From a virus, in the IMG/VR virus record IMGVR_UViG_3300030101_001745, positions 1-64,000 of that record: DNA of 64,000 nt; one strand, written 5' to 3'. The position numbers and the translations under genes were made by a program. The notes beneath the pieces were generated by a model, which was not told the DNA's origin, searched no databases, and worked only from the letters and a program-made list of their open reading frames with translations. Shown in pieces: positions 57,545 through 64,000 of this stretch (its first letter is position 1; each line of letters opens with the position of its first letter).

Positions 57545-58312
57545 CTATCGCCTCAAGTAAGGTGCTTTGACCAACAAAGAGTTAGCAGTAGTTATGATAA
57601 CCGGAGAGTCATCTCGCAAATAAAGAGTCACATAGTTGTCGCTTCCCAGAAACTTGGTAATGTTACCAGTAAACTCAACAGATGCACCATCACCACTTGA
57701 CTCAGCAACGAGTATGTCAGCAGTAAATCCGTCTGTCATACTACGTTGACTCGATAGGGTCAAGGACTCACCATCAAAGACAAACTTGTATCTAGCCAAG
57801 TTAGTGACATCACAACCCTTCACCGCATTGAGCAACTCCGTGGTTGGTATCTTCACCATGTTGTCATACTTGGTCTTACCAAACGTGGGGTAGTCTTCTT
57901 CTGAAAGGATTGCATCAAACCTCTCCCTAACTAGATTCACCATAGTGATTGCCGGATGCTCTACGACAACAGGTAACTTAGCCTTACTGTTACCATCGTC
58001 TAGAGTCACAAAGCCATCAACCGACATGGTGACATCATCCTCAAAGGGACTCAGATACTTACCCAACTTGGTGATATCCAACACACACGTTCCGTCTAGC
58101 GAATCACCATCCTCTTGCAATATACTATCTTTAATAATACAAGCAGTAGTGTTGTCACCATTGGTTAGTATTGTCTGACCATTCACCACTTCGATGTGAA
58201 CGTAGTTGGATAGTACGCCATTCTTTGCAGACTCACCATCGTAATACTTTCCTCTCATCTCTACTCTATCTAACATTTCATTAAATTCATTCTTCTTCAT
58301 TTCTATTCTCAT
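57545..58312 (-). CDS. pcn: Sliding clamp (PCNA-like)
   Basis: 255 aa with a two-domain alpha/beta repeat, ends DDSPV..LVKAP; adjacent to PolB, with RFC nearby. Confidence 0.72.
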   Translation of the reverse strand: MRIEMKKNEFNEMLDRVEMRGKYYDGESAKNGVLSNYVHIEVVNGQTILTNGDNTTACIIKDSILQEDGDSLDGTCVLDITKLGKYLSPFEDDVTMSVDGFVTLDDGNSKAKLPVVVEHPAITMVNLVRERFDAILSEEDYPTFGKTKYDNMVKIPTTELLNAVKGCDVTNLARYKFVFDGESLTLSSQRSMTDGFTADILVAESSGDGASVEFTGNITKFLGSDNYVTLYLRDDSPVIITTANSLLVKAPYLRR

Positions 58313-58448
58313 TTTTATTCCTCAAATATTCTTCATATTCTCCTTCCAATGTTCCCCAATCCTCACATTCGGAACATACTGTAGCACCATAATAGCACAG
58401 GTTCTCATGACAAACCGTACATTCAACTGCGTGTCTATTCTTCCCCAT
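58287..58448 (-). CDS. 53-aa Zn-finger microprotein (CTVC...CSEC)
   Basis: Hand-translated. Confidence 0.5.
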   Translation of the reverse strand: MGKNRHAVECTVCHENLCYYGATVCSECEDWGTLEGEYEEYLRNKNENRNEEE

Positions 58449-58722
58449 GATTCATCGCCTCATATCTTGCAAGTCGTTGCTCTAACTCAAACTTACCAAA
58501 CTCTATCACAGACCGTAGAGATGTCTCAAACTTCTCATCTCCGAACAGGCTTGCCATTCTGTAGGGTATCACTATCAAACAGTCACATGCATCACAACAT
58601 CTACCATCAGCAACAGGTTGAGCATTGTTTCCATGTGTCCAATACACCTTACCATTGTGGCTTCTGTGTTCTATGTCTTTCTTACAAAGAACACATTGTA
58701 TAACTTCCTCACTCATACCCAT
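58435..58722 (-). CDS. Zn-binding small protein
   Basis: CVLC...GNNAQPV..GRCCDAC. Confidence 0.7.
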   Translation of the reverse strand: MGMSEEVIQCVLCKKDIEHRSHNGKVYWTHGNNAQPVADGRCCDACDCLIVIPYRMASLFGDEKFETSLRSVIEFGKFELEQRLARYEAMNHGEE

Positions 58723-59579
58723 CCCGCCATACTAGCAGTAGGACATATGCTGAAATAACTGCAACTAGCACAAGACCTTTCGTTGTACTTACCTTCAAAG
58801 GCATTATTCTCGTAAGCATGTACCAAGTTGGCGATGCCTTTCAACATAGCACTCTCACTAATCTTCTTCACCTTCTCCACTTGGATATGGTTTGCTACGG
58901 GAAAGTACCAACCCCAATGGGTCATCTCATATTGTGGGTCTATGCCCTTTTCTCTAAGGTGAGCATCAGTTGATTCATCAAATAGCAACTTGTAGAATGC
59001 CATTTCCTTTCTCATACCTGTAGCCTTATGTTTGCCCCATGCACCTGTTTTCAACTCCATGGGAATGTAACCACCTTCACTGAAATACAACCTGTCGATT
59101 ATACCTTGCAGGTGAACCAGATAGTTTCTCTTTAACTCAACATGGTCAAAGGCACTAGCCCTAACTAGAAACTCAGCATCCAACATTACTTCATTTAAGA
59201 CTGGTAGGAAATCCTCAGTTTCTCCTTCATCCTTAGCATCCATCAAACGATTAGCATCGAAACATGCCATCGAATAGTAGACATCTGTGTAGTCATCTAT
59301 TGGATAGAGACTGTAGTTGTATGCTATCAATTCCTCTAGTGTCTCCATACTCTCTGCCTTCTTCAAGTCGTAGACGTTGAAGTAATCCTCTCTGGCATTG
59401 TGTATGATAGTCCCTTTGGTCATAGCCTCAGTAGTATCCTGTGGTAGTCTCTCTCGATAGTTGAAGTGATATTTCTGTGGACACCAGTTGTATGAGCCTT
59501 GCGAAGATTTTGTTATCTTCAATATAGGCCCATCTGGATACTCATCTACCTTCCAATCATATGTGAATTCTCTCATCAT
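58713..59579 (-). CDS. Cas4/AddB-like PD-(D/E)XK nuclease with 4-Cys cluster
   Basis: WCPQKY, GTIIH, GIIDRL, ELKTG, EMAFY, CASCSYFSICP. Confidence 0.88.
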   Translation of the reverse strand: MMREFTYDWKVDEYPDGPILKITKSSQGSYNWCPQKYHFNYRERLPQDTTEAMTKGTIIHNAREDYFNVYDLKKAESMETLEELIAYNYSLYPIDDYTDVYYSMACFDANRLMDAKDEGETEDFLPVLNEVMLDAEFLVRASAFDHVELKRNYLVHLQGIIDRLYFSEGGYIPMELKTGAWGKHKATGMRKEMAFYKLLFDESTDAHLREKGIDPQYEMTHWGWYFPVANHIQVEKVKKISESAMLKGIANLVHAYENNAFEGKYNERSCASCSYFSICPTASMAGWV

Positions 59580-59839
59580 TCTTTCAAGTCTCCTATGGGG
59601 TTATTCTTCTTCATTCCATACCACCCTTCTGTTACGAAGGGCAGACCCATATACTCAGCATAGTGCTTCTCTGTGCAGAAACCTCTGATGCCTACAGGCG
59701 TATCTTCAACGTAGAAGGTAGCAGGTTCATCGCACAATGCACAAGTGAACACTTCTCTATGTCTGAATTCAGCCAACTTACTTTTTGAAAGACCTATGAT
59801 TACTTTAGCACCTGTTGGGTCTGCCCTTCCATACTTCAT
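59576..59839 (-). CDS. Small Zn-binding protein
   Basis: CALC...FCTEKH. Confidence 0.6.
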   Translation of the reverse strand: MKYGRADPTGAKVIIGLSKSKLAEFRHREVFTCALCDEPATFYVEDTPVGIRGFCTEKHYAEYMGLPFVTEGWYGMKKNNPIGDLKE

Positions 59840-60018
59840 CTAAAGCACCTCGTAGAGCAGTATGACATTCACCAATATAGAAATCCAACATGCAGTCTTC
59901 CAGAAACCCTCTCTTTTGATGTGGAAGTTGTGCATCCACATAACTAAGTCATTGGCTTCCTTGTCCTTGGCCTTGTAGTATTCCTCATCCGTTTCGTAAT
60001 GATATCTCTTGACTGACA

Positions 60019-60900
60019 TCAGAACCTACCTTCCACAAACGGGGGGAACCCGAACCATTCGTTTTCCTTCTCCCCAGAGTTGACCTTGAAGGTTTCCCAA
60101 GTCTTACCAACTGCTGAAGGATTGGTCTTGCAATCTCTTAAGATAGCCTTGTAGGACACATCGTTTCCAAGAGTTACCTTCTCGCACCATACAGTCTGTA
60201 GCATTCTCTGTGGTGTGTTCTTGTGCCAATCTGCTTCCCAATGTGTTGGGCCTTCGCTTAGATTAGCACTACCATAGATAGGCTTCAGGTGTGTGATGAT
60301 GAACCTATGTGTATCTAGGTTCATGAATGTATCTTGTATTCTCTTGTAGATATCATTTCTTACCTTCCATTGGAAAGGTTTCACAGTCAGATTGATTGTA
60401 TCTCTAATGATGTCCTGTCTGTCTTGGTTCATGTTCACCAATGCTTCTCGCATTATGTCTCCAGAACCATCGTACACCTTGTCCATACCATCTATTGCAA
60501 CTGCCTTTACCTTGCCTTTCTCAATCTCTTCCTTGGTTTCATCTAGCCATGCTAGAGCATTCTCAAAGGTTTCATTCCAATCATACGTTCCATCTGCTCT
60601 CAGAACATTAGGAACGTAGATGTCTATTCCTTCATCTCTATCATGAGCAGAATCCCATGTAGCCAAAGCACCGTCATCGAAGTCAAGTACACGAACCGTG
60701 TACCCATCTTTCTTCTCCTGTTCGCTTCTGCAATCTAGAACGATACCTGTCTTGGTAGTCTTGGGATGCCCAAGGACTGCACAGAGAAGAAACTCATTGT
60801 CTCTCCTTTGTCTAGCAAGTCTCTGTTGCCTTATTGCTTCTCTTCGTTCTTCATAAGATATCCTATCTTCTTTCTTGTTCGTTGTATTCCATGCCATCAT
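60019..60900 (-). CDS. AAA_24 / Sak4-like (RecA-fold) ATPase
   Basis: GHPKTTKT, VLDFDDG, VAIDG, FIITH. Confidence 0.7.
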   Translation of the reverse strand: MMAWNTTNKKEDRISYEERREAIRQQRLARQRRDNEFLLCAVLGHPKTTKTGIVLDCRSEQEKKDGYTVRVLDFDDGALATWDSAHDRDEGIDIYVPNVLRADGTYDWNETFENALAWLDETKEEIEKGKVKAVAIDGMDKVYDGSGDIMREALVNMNQDRQDIIRDTINLTVKPFQWKVRNDIYKRIQDTFMNLDTHRFIITHLKPIYGSANLSEGPTHWEADWHKNTPQRMLQTVWCEKVTLGNDVSYKAILRDCKTNPSAVGKTWETFKVNSGEKENEWFGFPPFVEGRF

Positions 60901-61159
60901 TATCACCATTTTCATATTGTACCTTATCATTTCCTGTTATCTTTAGGAGTTTATTTAGTCCTTCATAGGACACTCTGAGCCTTATCTCCTTACCAGACAT
61001 GGTATGGAGTTTAACCCAGAACTCACCAGTTTCGTGGTTCTTCTTCCAAGTAGTGAAGTCAACGTTGTTCACAGGGACAGAATAACTGCCCCCATGAATT
61101 ACGTGGTCACCGCTTCCCATTGATGAGATTGTGAATGAGGGATAATATCCCTTACTCAC
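60863..61159 (-). CDS. Hypothetical protein
   Basis: GTGA-coupled 98-aa ORF. Confidence 0.6.
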   Translation of the reverse strand: MSKGYYPSFTISSMGSGDHVIHGGSYSVPVNNVDFTTWKKNHETGEFWVKLHTMSGKEIRLRVSYEGLNKLLKITGNDKVQYENGDNDGMEYNEQERR

Positions 61160-62466
61160 TTGTCTCCCTCGCTAAAGCCTAGGTCATCAGCATCGGGTAA
61201 AATCCAGTCATCATCATCACCATCGCTAGTGATTGCATCTGGAACCGAGCCTGTGATACTGGTAGGTAGTAGCCCTAGTACATTGATTGATACTGGTCTT
61301 AACTCACCAGTCTCTTGGTCTGTACCTTGGGTTGTTCTTCCTACTACTACGACCTCAGAACCGATACCGAAGTTGATTGGTATCTTCTCTGGAATCCAAC
61401 ATGTCACACCTAGAGACTGTTGCTCCCCACCATAGTCGAAGTCACCTGCTCCGAAGGTAGTGATGTCATCTAGGTTGATTATCCTGTTTCCAGTCTTCTC
61501 TGATACATTCATGTTGATGCTATTCACAGTACCATCCGTGAAGACGAACCTATCTGTGTAAGCCTTCTCTTCGACAGTAGCGTGGTACGCCTCAAGGTCG
61601 ATTAGAGGACTGTAGTTAGCAGACGAATGCTCCATGAGTGCATCTTGGAATTCACTCACATCCTCGTCATCAAAGTCCATCTTCAACTCATGGGTGTTAT
61701 CTAGGTCATCGTCATACAGCAGAGAACCTAGGGTCGTTGCCTTAGCCCCATGTATCTTGCTTGGGTCGTTGCTATTCAAGACACAGGAGAAGTGTAGAAG
61801 CCTGAAGGTATCTGGTGTGAACTCTTCAGCAGATGGGCCTCGGTAGTGGAAGAACCACTTACCCATCTTACCATCTACCATTCCGAAGAATACACCTTGC
61901 ATTCTCCATTCCTCCTTTGGTAGAGGTTTTCCATACCGAGCCTTGTTCCAGTCTTGGTCAAGCGTGTCTAGGGGAATCACAAAGGTTCCCTCGCTTACCT
62001 CAACGTGGTTCTCAGGTAGTTGTGGTAGGTTCTTCTCTACTTCCTTACCTCGGTATGTCTGCTTCACATCATACGTTCCGTCAGACGTAGCAGTAGCGAT
62101 AGCAACAATACCCATGTTGTAGGCATTACTACCATCTCTCTCGTACTCAGCAACTGCTTTCTCCCTCTGAATCGCCATCATATCAAACGGGTCATCGGCA
62201 GTTGCAAAGAAGCCAGATGCTTGCTTGTAAAACGCATTGCTTCCACCGGAGTTACTGCTTCCGGCAGGTGCAGGTTTTGCTTGCATTGACCTCAAGTTGA
62301 CGAAATACTGTCGCCATAACGACAGAGCCAACTGCTCATTCTCGGAGGGGTCTACGTTGTTCTTTTCACAGATTGACGTAAACTTCTCCAATGCTTCTTC
62401 AACATCCATTCCTAGATGCTTCGCGGCATTTCCTATTTCTGTTTCCATTTTCTTACTTATTTCCAT
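61156..62466 (-). CDS. RPA/SSB-like OB-fold ssDNA-binding protein
   Basis: C-terminal OB-like pattern (VFTDGTV..IINLDD..VTCW..GSEVVVVGRT..SINV) and acidic tail DDDDWIL. Confidence 0.65.
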   Translation of the reverse strand: MEISKKMETEIGNAAKHLGMDVEEALEKFTSICEKNNVDPSENEQLALSLWRQYFVNLRSMQAKPAPAGSSNSGGSNAFYKQASGFFATADDPFDMMAIQREKAVAEYERDGSNAYNMGIVAIATATSDGTYDVKQTYRGKEVEKNLPQLPENHVEVSEGTFVIPLDTLDQDWNKARYGKPLPKEEWRMQGVFFGMVDGKMGKWFFHYRGPSAEEFTPDTFRLLHFSCVLNSNDPSKIHGAKATTLGSLLYDDDLDNTHELKMDFDDEDVSEFQDALMEHSSANYSPLIDLEAYHATVEEKAYTDRFVFTDGTVNSINMNVSEKTGNRIINLDDITTFGAGDFDYGGEQQSLGVTCWIPEKIPINFGIGSEVVVVGRTTQGTDQETGELRPVSINVLGLLPTSITGSVPDAITSDGDDDDWILPDADDLGFSEGDK

Positions 62467-62475
62467 TTTTTTCAC

Positions 62476-62727
62476 CTATTGTTTTCTTTTTTTTGTTTTT
62501 AGAATTTCCAATACGGCTTCGGCACTTATGACCACTCCGGCCAATATCCAAAACCAATCGGAATCTAATGTTAATACCCCTGCTAGTTTTAGCAAGGGGA
62601 GTATAGTTAGGAGTAATCCCCCAACTAGTATTATCTCATACCTTAGCATGAGATGTTTGAAGTCGTCAAAGTTAACTTCGCCGTCTTCATTCAAATCTAA
62701 TATTTTCTTCACCATTATTATCACCAT
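62476..62727 (-). CDS. Small two-TM protein with EF-hand-like Ca-binding loop
   Basis: DLNEDGEVNFDDF followed by two hydrophobic helices. Confidence 0.7.
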   Translation of the reverse strand: MVIIMVKKILDLNEDGEVNFDDFKHLMLRYEIILVGGLLLTILPLLKLAGVLTLDSDWFWILAGVVISAEAVLEILKTKKRKQ

Positions 62728-62818
62728 TCATATTACCATCTTCCTCTCGGCCCGCTATCCATTAGTTTGTAAATAAATCTCCATACAACAAATATCAATA
62801 GAACCGTCAAGCCATCCA

Positions 62819-63736
62819 TCAAATCAACTGTCCTATCATCCAAGAAGCCAGAACCTTTGGAGTCATATTACTGCTTCTCCATTCTGCCTCTCCGATGACC
62901 CTCAACATTTTGAATTTTCTATCGGAATCCATATCAGACTTAATAACAACATCATGGAGATTAATGCAAATCTCCTTCATTGTCGCAGAGTCTTGAATCA
63001 ATTTATGCACACCCGATATAGAATTGTCATAGTCATTAGAATTTAGATTAGATACTAGTGTTGTATATGGTTGAAGGGACTTGTCTATCTGGCTTGAGAG
63101 TGTCGAATCACTATTCACAGATGCCTGTAACTCGCCTATCCCCCTTCTCAAATCACCATGTAAGTGACTAATAAAAGTTGTCAAGTCCTCTATGGTGTAC
63201 CGATTCTTGTGTCCTTCTTGGTCTAGGATGTCACATAGGACATCCATGATGTGGTCATCACTAATCCTGCCGAAGCCATAGTTTGCACATCTAGATTGTA
63301 GTGGATAGATAATCCTGAACTTCTCATTGGCAGTCATGATGAATCTGCAATTATCAGCATACCTCTCCATGATTCTCTTGAGAGCGTTCTGCGAATCCTT
63401 GGTCATACCATCCATCTCATCCAATAGGATAATCTTGAATGGTGCATCACCGATGACTTGGGTAGAAGCAATCTCCTTGATTTTGTTTCTAACCGTATCC
63501 AACCTTCTGTCGTCTGATGCATTAATCTCAAAGAAGTTACCAGACTTGAATTCGCCTAGTATCTCATTGGACAAAGCAGTAGCCGCCGCAGTCTTACCTA
63601 CACCTGCTACACCATACAACAAGACGTTCATCATGTCATCTGGATTCTTCACCCATCTCTCAGCATCCATAACGAATCCCGGTTGTCCAACTATCTTGCT
63701 CAATCTATCTGGTCTATATTTCTCTGTCCACAACAT
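62819..63736 (-). CDS. rfcS: Replication factor C small subunit (clamp loader)
   Basis: WTEKYRP, GVAGVGKT, EINASDDR, ILLDEMD, QNALKR, LQSRC, GDLRR. Confidence 0.95.
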   Translation of the reverse strand: MLWTEKYRPDRLSKIVGQPGFVMDAERWVKNPDDMMNVLLYGVAGVGKTAAATALSNEILGEFKSGNFFEINASDDRRLDTVRNKIKEIASTQVIGDAPFKIILLDEMDGMTKDSQNALKRIMERYADNCRFIMTANEKFRIIYPLQSRCANYGFGRISDDHIMDVLCDILDQEGHKNRYTIEDLTTFISHLHGDLRRGIGELQASVNSDSTLSSQIDKSLQPYTTLVSNLNSNDYDNSISGVHKLIQDSATMKEICINLHDVVIKSDMDSDRKFKMLRVIGEAEWRSSNMTPKVLASWMIGQLI

Positions 63737-64000
63737 TATGCATTCACCCCGTACCATGATGTATACCACCAAGGTTTGTTCTTCTTCCAAGTAGCAATCC
63801 TTGCTTTGTCTTGGATGTAGTATTGTCTGTACTTATCTATCTCAGACATATCATCGAATCCCTTGACCTGTCTGCATTTCATGTTCTCTGAAATAGCAAT
63901 GGCAAAGGGAGTCAATCCTATGTCTGGTAGTGCTTCGACTACATCAATCCAAATGTGGTTGTAGTCATTCATTGTTAGTTCGCACTTGTGAGTCTTGCCA
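63736..64000 (-). CDS. Pyrimidine-dimer DNA glycosylase-like protein, 5'-partial
   Basis: Frame open to the window edge: GKTHKC..., LTPFAIAI, YRQYY..K..ATW...PWW. Confidence 0.55.
   Translation of the reverse strand, partial: GKTHKCELTMNDYNHIWIDVVEALPDIGLTPFAIAISENMKCRQVKGFDDMSEIDKYRQYYIQDKARIATWKKNKPWWYTSWYGVNA

Noticed and set aside
58713-59579. Cas4-like gene as evidence of a CRISPR-Cas system
   Set aside because: No repeat-spacer array or other cas genes are present; stand-alone Cas4-like nucleases are common in archaeal viruses.
49384-63794. Plus-strand ORFs opposite the replication genes
   Set aside because: They are antisense shadows fully overlapping well-supported minus-strand genes.

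Overview
This is a 64-kb segment of a tailed dsDNA (HK97-fold, Caudoviricetes) archaeal virus genome. It is most consistent with a magrovirus-like virus of marine Group II euryarchaea (Poseidoniales); that assignment is inferred from gene content, not from a search. There are two convergent arms. The + strand (1-48621) is the late/morphogenesis arm: putative head-cargo proteins, an ATP-dependent DNA ligase, prohead protease-scaffold, major capsid protein, a five-gene membrane cassette with an Arf-like small GTPase, neck, tail tube, frameshifted tail chaperones, a short tape measure, tail tip, a 3473-aa fibre, and LamG and ILEI lectin proteins. The - strand (48729-64000) is an archaeal-type replication/recombination arm: RFC small subunit, RPA/SSB-like protein, Sak4/AAA_24-like ATPase, Cas4-like nuclease, PCNA, split PolB, PriS-PriL fusion primase, ERCC4/XPF nuclease, MCM-like ATPase, DEDD exonuclease and many Zn-finger microproteins. 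Portal and terminase are not in the window, and no tRNA, rRNA, CRISPR array or transposase was seen. The strongest candidate for an undescribed system is the Arf-like GTPase plus membrane-protein cassette (11035-13764). Next is an apparent head-cargo addressing code: a recurrent N-terminal W-x-x-h-h-K motif and a scaffold-like C-terminal WxDIHN motif. All product calls come from visual motif recognition only.
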